From NCBI GenBank assembly GCA_021845615.1, contig JAJZVP010000001.1, forward strand, positions 1 through 59,257: a stretch of DNA of 59,257 nucleotides, in the 5' to 3' direction. A program made the position numbers and the translations under genes. The notes below the pieces were generated by a model. That model was given only the letters and a program-made list of their open reading frames with translations. It did no database searches and was not told the origin of the DNA. This document shows positions 27,847-36,182 of this stretch, piece after piece. The stretch comes from a bacterium. Its GTDB lineage: Bacteria; Vulcanimicrobiota; Vulcanimicrobiia; Vulcanimicrobiales; Vulcanimicrobiaceae. How positions within the stretch are numbered: position 1 is the stretch's first letter; every line of letters begins with the position of its first letter.

Positions 27847-29564
27847 TTACCAACATCCAAAGTAAGCGTCCTCTGAAGGCCGTCTTGACGACGAGCAAGC
27901 CGCGTGTTGAGCCGGCGATCGGCTCGACGCCGGAAGTGCGAACGTCTCGGCGCTGTCGGTGATGTGCATGGCTTCGGACGACTTCAGATTCCATGGCAGC
28001 AGTTCGGCGATGCGGTTGATCGGATGATCGGCGATGCGCGCGAGCACCTCGCGTGAAAACGCTTCGAGATTGAGGCCGTTGAGTTTGGCGCTGCCGAGCA
28101 GGCTGTGGAGCGCTGCAGCGCGTTCGCCGCCGGCGTCGCTACCGGCGAACAGGAAGTTCTTGCGTCCCAGCGCAACGCGCGTTCGGCGGCGTTGTTATCG
28201 ATCTCGATGCAGCCGTCCTCGCAATAGCGGCAGAGCGCCTCCCAGCGATGCAGGGCATAGAAGATGGCTTTGGCAAGCGCGGATTTGCGCGAGAGCGGTA
28301 CGAGCGTTTGTTGCAGCCAAAGGTGCAACGCAGCGAGCAGCGGGCGGCTGCGTTCCCGGCGCACCGCGCGGCGTTGGTCTGGAGGTTGCTCGCGAATCGC
28401 TTTTTCGATGGCGTAGAGCGCGCCGATCCGATCGAGCATCTCTGCGGCGATGGCCGATGCGTTGGCCGCGTGCAGATCGAAGAACTTGCGCCGTACGTGC
28501 GCCCAGCACGCCGCTTCGCGCACCTGCCCGCCCTCGTAGAGCTTGGCAAAGCCTGCATAGCCGTCGGCGTGCAAGACGCCGGTAAAATCTTTGAGATGCC
28601 TTTGCGGGTTTTCGCCCTTGCGATCGGGCGAGTAGGCAAACCAGACCGCAGGTGCCGCTTTCCCGGCACACGGGCGCTCGTCGCGCACGTAGGTCCACAG
28701 TCGCCCGGTTTTGGTTTTTCCGCGCCCGGGCGCGAGCACCGGAAGCGGCGTATCGTCGCCGTGCACGACGTCGGCGGCGAAGACGTGTGTGCGTAGCGCA
28801 TCGGTGAGCGGCGCGAGCAAGGCCGCGGTATTCCCCACCCACTGCGCGAGCAGCGTGCGGTCGAGTTCCACCCCTTCGCGCGCGTAGATCTCCGCTTGGC
28901 GATAGAGCGGCAGGTGATCGGCGTACTTGCCGACGAGCACGTGGGCGAGCAGCCCCGGCCCGGCCATGCCGCGCTCGATCGGGCGCGTCGGTGCCGACGC
29001 CTGCACGATCGTATCGCAGTGGGTGCAGGCGAGCTTCGGGCGCACGGTGCGCAGCACTTTGAAGCGCACCGGCTCGAGCTCGAGTATCTCCGAAACGTCC
29101 CCACCGAGCTGCTTGAGCGCACCGCCGCAATCGGGGCAGGCTTCGTCGCGCGGCATGATAGTATTCGTTTCGCGCGGCAGATGCACGGGGAATGCACGCC
29201 GCAGTTTTGGGGCGCGCTCCGCAGCGGGTGCTGGCTGCGCGCGTTCGGTCAGCGCGCTGGTGAGGTGCGCTTCGACCGTCTCGAGCTCTTCAACCCACAG
29301 CTCCAACTGCTCGATCTGCTGCTCGCGCTTTTCGCTACGGCGTCCGAATTGCAGGCGGCGTAGTTTGAGAATTTGTAGTTTGAGGCTTTCGAGGAGCAGC
29401 GCGCTGGATATTATCTGCGCATCTCTGGCGACGATCTGCTCGTCCTTGATGGCGATCTGCTCATCCTTGGTGGCGATCCGTGCGTGCTGTTCGTGTAGCA
29501 ACGATTTCAATTCAGCGATGCTCAACCCGTCGAGATCGGGGAGCGTTCCGTTCGCTGAATCCAT
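27847..29564 (-). pseudogene. IS66 TnpC transposase with a frameshift near 28170
   Basis: The main frame ends ...IEIDNNAAERALRW. The conserved continuation LGRKNFLFAGSDAGGERAAALHSLLGSAKLNGLN...ADHPINRIAELLPWN is in another frame (track ORF 27847..28047). Confidence 0.75.
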
Positions 29565-29662
29565 GCAGCTATCGTACCGAATAAACGCACCGTGTCAAGC
29601 ACATTGCGTCATCATCGCAAGAAACAAATCAAGAAACGCAACGCGCGCATCGCGCTGCATCT

Positions 29663-30022
29663 TCACACTTCGATCGACGGCGCAGCGGTGCGCACCGGAT
29701 GGCGCCAATCGATTCCTTCGAGCAACATCGAGAGTTGCGCTGGACTCAGCGAGACGCTCCCGCTCTGCGCCTGCGGCCAAATGAAACGCCCGCGCTCCAA
29801 ACGCTTGGCCATCAAGCACAGGCCCGTGCCATCCCACCACAATACCTTGAGCAGATCGCCGCGCCGTCCGCGAAACAAGAACAGGTGCCCGCAGAACGGA
29901 CTGCGCGCGAGCGCGTTCTGCACCAGCGCGCTTAAACCGGTGAAGCCTTTGCGCATATCGGTTATGCCGGCGGCAAGCCAAATGCGCGTGCCGGTCGGAA
30001 CGCTCGTCGGCACTACGCTCAT
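29663..30022 (-). CDS. IS66 Orf2 (TnpB)
   Basis: MSVVPTSVPTGTRIWLAAGITDMRKGFTGLSALVQ...LFLFRGRRGDLLKVLWWDGTGLCLMAKRLERGRF. ATG overlaps the tnpA stop. Confidence 0.85.
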   Translation of the reverse strand: MSVVPTSVPTGTRIWLAAGITDMRKGFTGLSALVQNALARSPFCGHLFLFRGRRGDLLKVLWWDGTGLCLMAKRLERGRFIWPQAQSGSVSLSPAQLSMLLEGIDWRHPVRTAAPSIEV

Positions 30023-30423
30023 CGCTGCAACGCCGCTACCAGCGCGCAGAGCAACCCGGCGTCGAGCGCATCGCTCTCGATCCGTAGCGTCGCACCGGAA
30101 GTGAACGTCAGGTGCACGACACTCAAGGCGCCGGAATGCGAACCAGATGACGGTTGCGGCGCACGCCCAGTAGCAGCGATCGTCACCGGAAGAAACGTCG
30201 CGCTCGACGCGACGGAACGAGCGCGCGACCGCGGCTCCGTGGTGAGCTTGCCGGCACGATAGAGCGCTTGCCATTGATAGAGACTATTGCGGCTCACACC
30301 CTGCTCGCGCGCGATCGCCAGAACCGATGCACCAGCGCGCAACGTGAGCTCGACTAGGCGGCGCTTTTCAGCGAGCGATAGGCGGCGTGCTGCGCGCCGA
30401 TGCGGCGCTGCCGATACTTCCAT
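30019..30423 (-). CDS. IS66 Orf1 (TnpA, HTH)
   Basis: RRLSLAEKRRLVELTLRAGASVLAIAREQGVSRNSLYQWQALYRAG is typical of IS66 orf1. Confidence 0.75.
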   Translation of the reverse strand: MEVSAAPHRRAARRLSLAEKRRLVELTLRAGASVLAIAREQGVSRNSLYQWQALYRAGKLTTEPRSRARSVASSATFLPVTIAATGRAPQPSSGSHSGALSVVHLTFTSGATLRIESDALDAGLLCALVAALQR

Positions 30424-30592
30424 GAATGCCTCGCGATGGAACGAGTGTTTCCCTTATCATCGCGGACGGCAGGCTACGGAAGCAGGACGGCCTGGAACAG
30501 ACGGTTACACTGCAGCGGCGCCATATGCAACTCGAAGGACTTCAGACCGTCAGCGACAATACCTTGCATCGCATCTCAGCCGTCGTAACCGG

Positions 30593-31312
30593 CTAGGCGC
30601 CAACCCGCCGATGGTCACGGTTCATACACCACGCGCTGGGACACGATCTCGCGTCCTCGGGATAATCAAGTTTAAGGCGATGGGAAATCTGTTCTGGGCT
30701 CCAGCCTACAGCCCAACGGCGCTTCTGGCGAAAGACGGCTCGACGCCCTTTCCAAACGATTTGGGGATTTTTTACAAGGGTGTTTTGGGGACCGCTGATT
30801 TGTCCAGCGAGTCTTTCCTGAACATAAGCGTGCAGACGGACGTTTCTTACTAATTTCGCTATTGTTGGGCGACGAGCAGCGCGATCTGCATGCCATTGCG
30901 CATTACTAGCCCGATAATCCATTGCACCGCAGCGTGTAGCTGCGTTTCGACGTAATTCGCGGGAAATTGTGGACGGTGTTCTATCGAGCCGACGAGCAAT
31001 GCTGCGAACGCCGTGGCCTTGAGCGCGCAGAACTGCAATTTCTTCTCGCTCCGCGAACGAAAGGTAACGACCCGAGAGCGGCTTTGATGAGCGAGAAAAA
31101 TGCTTTGGTGGCATTCCGCCAGCTTGCCGAAAGCACCTTATACCAACAGGCGGTGATATCCCAGCATCAATTGCTGCGTTTTCGCTACTTCGGCCCGCTG
31201 CAACGGCCTTCCAGAAAATATGATAATTCTCGCGAAGTGCCGCGGGCGGACGCCCCGGCGAACGCAATGCTTTTCTTAGGATCAGCCCTCGGGCGAGGTT
31301 TTTGGGTTTCAA
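30593..31312 (-). pseudogene. IS30-family transposase, N-terminal HTH part only (DDE domain missing)
   Basis: LSFAEREEIAVLRAQGHGVRSIARRLDRTPSTISRELRRN and WSPEQISHRLKLDYPED match the IS30 N-terminal half. The sequence degenerates after that and no catalytic domain follows. Confidence 0.7.
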
Positions 31313-31331
31313 TGCAACCTCCGGCTGAAAG

Positions 31332-31628
31332 ATGTTGCTTCGACCGGTTGAATCCGCCCAGTATGCCAGCGATGCGGTTCATCGCTTTTACGACCGAAAC
31401 GGAATGCTCTGCAGCATGAGCCGCCAAGGCAACTGTTGGGACAACGCGGTGACCGAGAGCTTCATAGCGACGCTCAAGCGTGAACTCGATGATCCCACCT
31501 TCGACTCTCGTGAAGCGGCGAGGGCAACTATTTTCGAATACGTCGAGATCTGGGGCAATCGGCAACGTCGGCACTCAACGCTCGGATGCGTCAGCCCCGA
31601 GCAGTTCGAGAAGACTCAGGCTGCGTAA
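31332..31628 (+). pseudogene. C-terminal fragment of an IS3-family OrfB
   Basis: SAQYASDAVHRFYDRNGMLCSMSRQGNCWDNAVTESFIATLKRE...RHSTLGCVSPEQFE. Everything upstream of the DDE third motif is missing. Confidence 0.75.
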
Positions 31629-31747
31629 ACTTCGTGTCTGCAAAATCGAAACCACTCCAAGGGTCTACCTCCATCTCTCATGCAGCTTCTCGCATATTCA
31701 GCGCGAGCGTTTCATCGCGTAGCTTCTCCTATGCTGCTGTAGCACAC

Positions 31748-31771
31748 AGACGGCCTTCAGAGGACGCTTGC
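31748..31771. repeat. solo IS66-type terminal inverted repeat
   Basis: AGACGGCCTTCAGAGGACGCTTGC is the reverse complement of the 27862-27885 IR at 23/24 positions (by eye). Confidence 0.8.
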
Positions 31772-31877
31772 GGAGTGACAACACTTCGTGCGCTGCTCGG
31801 GGTGACAGCACGGCGCGCCTAGATCCGGCGGCTTCGCCGCCTACTCGGGGTGACAGCCGCCTGCGCGGGGTGACAGC
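31771..31877. repeat. four direct copies of CGG(G/A)GTGACA(G/A)C with irregular spacing
   Basis: Copies start at 31771, 31798, 31846 and 31866. The first and last extend to about 23 nt (GGAGTGACAACACTTCGTGCGCT vs GGGGTGACAGCACTTCGTGGGCT). Confidence 0.7.
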
Positions 31878-31887
31878 ACTTCGTGGG

Positions 31888-33288
31888 CTATCCCGCGCAG
31901 CAGGACAACTTTCCGAGGTCCTTATTGAAACCGACCGCCGCGAGCTTTAGCCCCTCGACCATCGTTAAATATGGGAAGATCGTATCGGCAAGATCCGTAA
32001 CCGTTAAGCCGTGTTTGATTGCAAGCACGGCAGCCTGAATGCTATCGCCGGCCTCCGGCGCAAGAATGTGCGCACCGAGCAGTTTCCCCGTTGCGCGGTC
32101 GGCGACCAACTTGAAGAAGCCGCGCGTATCGCGCGCGGCAAGCGCGCGCGGCACGTCATGCAGTTCGAGCCGCACCGTTTGCACGTCGAAACCGCGCGCG
32201 GTCGCCGCCTCCTGCGTGAGCCCAACGGTTGCAACTTGCGGGTCGGTGAACGTTACCTGCGGCATCGCACGAGCATCATAGGTTCGCCCCGATCCACTCA
32301 GTGCATTTTCGACGGCAACCTTCGCTCCGTATGCGGCCATATACACGAAGAGATCGCGCCCGGTCACATCGCCAGCGGCGTAGGTGCCCGCACGGCTCGT
32401 CTGCATCTGTGCATCGACATCGATTCCGCCGCCTACGTTGGTACGAATACCAACCTCTGCGAGCCCAAGCCCCGCACTATTGGGCGTGCGCCCCGTAGCA
32501 ATCAGGACGCGTTCTGCAGCGATCTCTTCGCGCATTCCGTCGGCGTTGCGCACGGTTAACACCGCGCCATCATTGTTTGCGGCAATGCGTTCGTATGTAA
32601 GCGCACAACGCACATCAATACCTTCAGCGCGCAAGTAGCTCGCCAACGCGTCGCTAATCTCGGCCTCCTCGGTCGGCAGCAGACGCGAGCGGCACAGTAT
32701 CGTTACGTGCACACCGGCGCGTGCAAACATTTGCCCGAGTTCACACCCAATGACTCCGCCGCCGATCACCATCATTGATGCGGGAAGTTCGCGTAGTTCG
32801 AGCGCCGTGGTACTTGTCAGCCAACCGACCTTTTCCAGCCCCGCAATCGCAGGCGTTCGTGGCGCAGCGCCGGTAGCGATGACGATCTTCCCCGGTTGAA
32901 TGAGGTCGCCGTCGATATCGATTCCATCTCGCGTCAGGCGCGCGCGCCCCTCGATATATTCGATCTCTTCGTACGCCGGCAGCAAATCGCGATACTTCGC
33001 TTGGCGCAATGCACCGACGAGTTCGTCTTTCTGCGCGATCACGCTCGCCCAGTTCGTTATCCGCGCACTGGCTTCAATGCCAGCGAAGCGCGATGCGGCG
33101 TGCGCACCATGCAGTGTCTCGGTTGCGCGAATCAGCGTCTTCGATGGCACGCAGCCGATATTCACGCAGGTGCCACCGATTGTGCCGTAGCCTATGAGCG
33201 CGACGCTAGCGCCGAGTTCCGAGGCGCGAATTGCAGCGGAGAAACCCGCAGAACCCGCACCGATCACCGCGAGATCAGGGGTGCGCAT
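31888..33288 (-). CDS. merA: mercuric reductase MerA, core form without N-terminal HMA (NmerA) domain
   Basis: Start at MRTPDLAVIGAGSAG (ATG 33288, TGATG overlap with the upstream gene). Redox-active GGTCVNIGCVPSK. C-terminal vicinal Cys pair ...KLSCCAG. Confidence 0.85.
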   Translation of the reverse strand: MRTPDLAVIGAGSAGFSAAIRASELGASVALIGYGTIGGTCVNIGCVPSKTLIRATETLHGAHAASRFAGIEASARITNWASVIAQKDELVGALRQAKYRDLLPAYEEIEYIEGRARLTRDGIDIDGDLIQPGKIVIATGAAPRTPAIAGLEKVGWLTSTTALELRELPASMMVIGGGVIGCELGQMFARAGVHVTILCRSRLLPTEEAEISDALASYLRAEGIDVRCALTYERIAANNDGAVLTVRNADGMREEIAAERVLIATGRTPNSAGLGLAEVGIRTNVGGGIDVDAQMQTSRAGTYAAGDVTGRDLFVYMAAYGAKVAVENALSGSGRTYDARAMPQVTFTDPQVATVGLTQEAATARGFDVQTVRLELHDVPRALAARDTRGFFKLVADRATGKLLGAHILAPEAGDSIQAAVLAIKHGLTVTDLADTIFPYLTMVEGLKLAAVGFNKDLGKLSCCAG

Positions 33289-33812
33289 CAGCGTCCCGCT
33301 GCAAACGCCGCGATCTGGCTCCAATGTGCTGCTGGCGCGCTGCTCTGCGCGCGCACGCGGCCATGCCGGTCGACGAGATAGAAGATATCGGGGGCGCTGC
33401 TTGGGTCCAGTGCCAGCGATTGCTGCGCCGTTAATTCCCCCCAATACCAGGTCGGCGACGCGCCAGTCGCGCCAATGCTGTCGCGAATCGACTTCAGAGT
33501 CGGCCCGGCGTAGCCGAGATCGCCTGCGGCTTCAAGTTGCACGACGCGAAAGCCATCGTGGCGCAATTGCACGACATGGCTTGCCAGTACATGCGCGCCG
33601 GTAACGCAGGAGGGGCACCAGGTCGCCATCACCCAGAGGAGATAGCGATGCCCGTGCAACGTGCGCGCACTCACGCGTGCACCACCGAGTAATCGATAGG
33701 TGAACGCAGGCGCTGGTTTTCCAACCGTAATGCTTTGCACGGTTGCAGCAACCGGGCGTACACCGCTAGCAAGCGCTATGAGTGCGAGTGCAAGGACGAT
33801 TCGTTTCATCAT
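33288..33812 (-). CDS. exported thioredoxin-fold (TlpA/redoxin-like) protein, WCPSC motif
   Basis: Signal peptide MMKRIVLALALIALASG, then GKPAPAF...LLWVMATWCPSCV. Confidence 0.75.
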   Translation of the reverse strand: MMKRIVLALALIALASGVRPVAATVQSITVGKPAPAFTYRLLGGARVSARTLHGHRYLLWVMATWCPSCVTGAHVLASHVVQLRHDGFRVVQLEAAGDLGYAGPTLKSIRDSIGATGASPTWYWGELTAQQSLALDPSSAPDIFYLVDRHGRVRAQSSAPAAHWSQIAAFAAGR

Positions 33813-34351
33813 GAAATTCCTTTACCAATGGGGATGGGGCAAGCTGCGTTCGAGGTACGCACCGCTAGCCAGAGCGAGCCGAGCACTGCAATCACTGCCG
33901 CGCCGATAATCTCAGCGCTATAGGTTGCAAAGAAACCTTGGAAACGCCCGGTGAGATGCAGAACTGCTGGCGCACTTGCACCCAGCGCTGCAAGTGCACT
34001 GGGAATGAGCGTCGTGCAGCAGAGGCTGCTCGGGAGCAAGGCCGCAACCGCTCCGCTGAATGAGAGCGCGCCCTGCGGTGCGCGGGCAGCATTGCTGCTC
34101 AAATTGATCGCAAAGGCTAGCGTGGTGCCGTAGCCGATAACGACTGCGGCGAACAGCTGCCACGGTGTGATGAACGCAAGCGCACCGAGCGCAAATGCAC
34201 CAAACTGTTCTGCGGGTAATGCGATAGCGTAGAGAAGCCCAAGAGCAGTCCCAAGACCGAACACCAATAGCGCACTCTGCAACCGCCGCGTTTCAAACGC
34301 TCGAGCAACTGCGATGCGAAACGAACGAAAGGGTTGCATACTCGCTTCCAC
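33809..34351 (-). CDS. polytopic membrane protein with vicinal Cys pair in a hydrophobic segment (candidate Hg(II) transporter)
   Basis: 180 aa with 4-5 hydrophobic segments. LLPSSLCCTTLIPSALAALG (CC codons at 34016-34021) and a C-terminal AACPIP. 4-nt overlap with the downstream gene. Confidence 0.6.
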   Translation of the reverse strand: MEASMQPFRSFRIAVARAFETRRLQSALLVFGLGTALGLLYAIALPAEQFGAFALGALAFITPWQLFAAVVIGYGTTLAFAINLSSNAARAPQGALSFSGAVAALLPSSLCCTTLIPSALAALGASAPAVLHLTGRFQGFFATYSAEIIGAAVIAVLGSLWLAVRTSNAACPIPIGKGIS

Positions 34352-34357
34352 TCCTGC

Positions 34358-34714
34358 TTACGTTAGCCGCGTGCAGGCTTCAATGTGCGCGGCGTTGCGC
34401 GCCACGACACTCTGCGCGAGTGCGACGATCTCGGCGATCCGGGGATCTCCGAGTTCGTAGATCACGAACTTGCCACGCCGCTGCGTGCGCACGTAGCCGC
34501 ACCACTTCAAGCACGATAGATGATTGCTCACCCGGCTCTGCGCTAGGCCCAGCGCTGCGACCAGTTCGCCGACGCTCTTGGGCCCGTCGAGCAGCAGCCG
34601 CACGATGCGCAGCCGCGTCTCATCGGCTAGGCCGGAGAAGAAGCGCGCGTAGAGCGCCGAGCCGAGTTCCGCCTGGGAGTCGAGCGGTGGGTTTGGGCGA
34701 ACAGTTGTGTGCAT
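34358..34714 (-). CDS. ArsR/SmtB family metalloregulator
   Basis: FSGLADETRLRIVRLLLDGPKSVGELVAALGLAQSRVSNHLSCLKWCGYV is the HTH_5 pattern with the CxxxC in SCLKWCG. Confidence 0.85.
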   Translation of the reverse strand: MHTTVRPNPPLDSQAELGSALYARFFSGLADETRLRIVRLLLDGPKSVGELVAALGLAQSRVSNHLSCLKWCGYVRTQRRGKFVIYELGDPRIAEIVALAQSVVARNAAHIEACTRLT

Positions 34715-34725
34715 GGGGTATCGGC

Positions 34726-34753
34726 ATCATATCAGTATGTTATGATTTGTCAA
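34726..34753 (-). promoter_or_regulatory. promoter TTGACA-16-TATGAT with embedded palindrome ATCATA-N9-TATGAT, upstream of arsR-type gene
   Basis: Minus-strand -35 is plus 34748-34753 and the -10 is plus 34726-34731. Only 11 nt separate the -10 from the ATG (34714). Palindrome arms are at 34726-34731 and 34741-34746. Confidence 0.5.
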
Positions 34754-34770
34754 GCGCCTCAAGGCTGCTT

Positions 34771-36162
34771 TTGTAGGAGCGATGCAGAGATGGTCCCCTA
34801 CTTAGCAAGGCGGAGGTGTCCCCTCGACGGCCAACGGGCCTCCGATGGAGTTCATTACGATGTCTCAGAGAGAACTTTCCCGCCTTCAGGCCGCCCAGCG
34901 TGTCCTCGACCGCTCCATGAGCGTGGCTGAGGCGGCGTCGACCCTGGGACTCTCGACCCGCCAAGTCAAGCGGCTCACGCGCCGCCTGCGCAGCGAGGGT
35001 GCCGCAAGCTTCGCCTCGCCGCGCCGCAGCCGGCCGCCCAATAACGCCCTCGATCCGTCCACTCGAGCGCGCGTGCTCGCTCTGGCGCAAGCGGCCTACG
35101 TTGGTTTCGGCCCCACGTTCCTCGCCGAGAAACTCGCCGAACGCGATGAGCTCGCAATCAGCCGCAAGACGCTGCGGCAGTGGTTTATTGCAGCGCAGTT
35201 GCATCGCCCGCGGCGGCGCCGTCATCAGCCACGACCGCTTCGCGAGCGGCGGGCGCGCGTGGGCGAGTTGATCCAAGCCGATGGCTCACCGCACCATCGG
35301 TTTAAAGAACGACGTGGCGTCTGCACGCCCTTGCTCTATGTCGACGACGCGACGACAACGATTCTCGGCGGTCTCTTTGCCGAGCACGAAACCAGCGACG
35401 CGTACTCCGAGCTTTTCGAACGAGCGTTCAGCGAACATGGACTGCCGATAGCGCTCTACACCGATAAGCACAGCATCTTTCGCATCAATAATCTCGACAG
35501 CACGGTTGATGACGACACCCATGTCAAACGCGCGTTACGTGAACTCAACGTCGAACTGATCTGCGCGAATTCTCCGCAAGAAAAGGACCGCCTCGAACGC
35601 GCAAACCGCAGCTTGCAAGATCGCCTTGTCAAAGAATTGCGCCTGGCTAATTTCAGTACGATCGCAGCAGCAAGTGCTTTCCTTCCACAGTTTCTCGTCG
35701 CCTACAACCGGCGCTTTGCCATCGCACCGCGCGAAGCAATCGATACCCATCGCCCTGCGACCGCATCGGTGCTCGCAGCAATCCTTACCAAACGCTACCA
35801 ACGCGTCCTCGCAAGCGAGCTCACTTTTCAAATACACGACAATATTATTGCGCAATTGATCCTTCGCCATTGCATCGATTACGAAAGGGCATGCGCATCA
35901 CCGTCAATCTGCCGCGTACGGGCATTCCCGAAGTACTCCACAACGAGCATCGCATCATCACGCGCCTCGTTGGCGCCCGACAACGCACTGGCCAGGTCGT
36001 CGGGAGCAAGGAACTCAATGCAACCATTGATCGCTGCGTTACAACGCCCAAGAGCTCGGCGCATACCCCACCCCCAACGCACCCCTGGCGCGCTGGATTC
36101 GATCCAGTTCGCCTCGCTCGGCTCCGCGTCGACAGGGGACATCTCTGAATTGCTAGACGAGG
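34771..36162 (+). mobile_element. ISNCY-like insertion sequence, full copy (boundaries +/- ~10 nt)
   Basis: Left-end motif (A)GCAATGCAGAGATGTCCCCT-like and right-end AGGGGACATCTCTGAATTGCT (36134-36154) form IRs. The CAGAGATGTCCCCT motif occurs twice at the left end. Confidence 0.7.
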
Positions 36163-36182
36163 ACATTACCGCTTTGCGCTAA
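34845..36182 (+). CDS. ISNCY-family DDE transposase
   Basis: MSQRELSRLQAAQRVLDRSMSVAEAASTLGLSTRQVKRLTRRLRSEGAASF...ELIQADGSPH...LYTDKHSIF is as I recall for ISNCY (IS1202-group-like) transposases. The ORF reads ~20 nt past the right IR. Confidence 0.65.
   Translation: MEFITMSQRELSRLQAAQRVLDRSMSVAEAASTLGLSTRQVKRLTRRLRSEGAASFASPRRSRPPNNALDPSTRARVLALAQAAYVGFGPTFLAEKLAERDELAISRKTLRQWFIAAQLHRPRRRRHQPRPLRERRARVGELIQADGSPHHRFKERRGVCTPLLYVDDATTTILGGLFAEHETSDAYSELFERAFSEHGLPIALYTDKHSIFRINNLDSTVDDDTHVKRALRELNVELICANSPQEKDRLERANRSLQDRLVKELRLANFSTIAAASAFLPQFLVAYNRRFAIAPREAIDTHRPATASVLAAILTKRYQRVLASELTFQIHDNIIAQLILRHCIDYERACASPSICRVRAFPKYSTTSIASSRASLAPDNALARSSGARNSMQPLIAALQRPRARRIPHPQRTPGALDSIQFASLGSASTGDISELLDEDITALR

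Larger units (their letters stand above)
27862..30508 (-). mobile_element. IS66-family element (tnpA-tnpB-tnpC); far boundary uncertain (30508 or 31771)
   Basis: Classic IS66 terminal IR GTAAGCGTCCTCTGAAGGCCGTCT at 27862-27885. Three-ORF organisation. Only a weak IR partner (17/24 by eye) at 30485-30508. Confidence 0.75.

Noticed and set aside
27520-27861. Small ORFs (65-118 aa) between the csoR promoter and the IS66 end
   Set aside because: They have no motifs, poor coding-like composition and conflicting overlapping frames. This is probably non-coding remnant DNA adjacent to the IS.
31771-31877. Possible CRISPR array (repeated CGGGGTGACAGC)
   Set aside because: The repeats are only about 12-23 nt and the spacings of 27, 48 and 20 nt are irregular and too short. 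There are only four copies and no cas genes. It is reported as a repeat instead.
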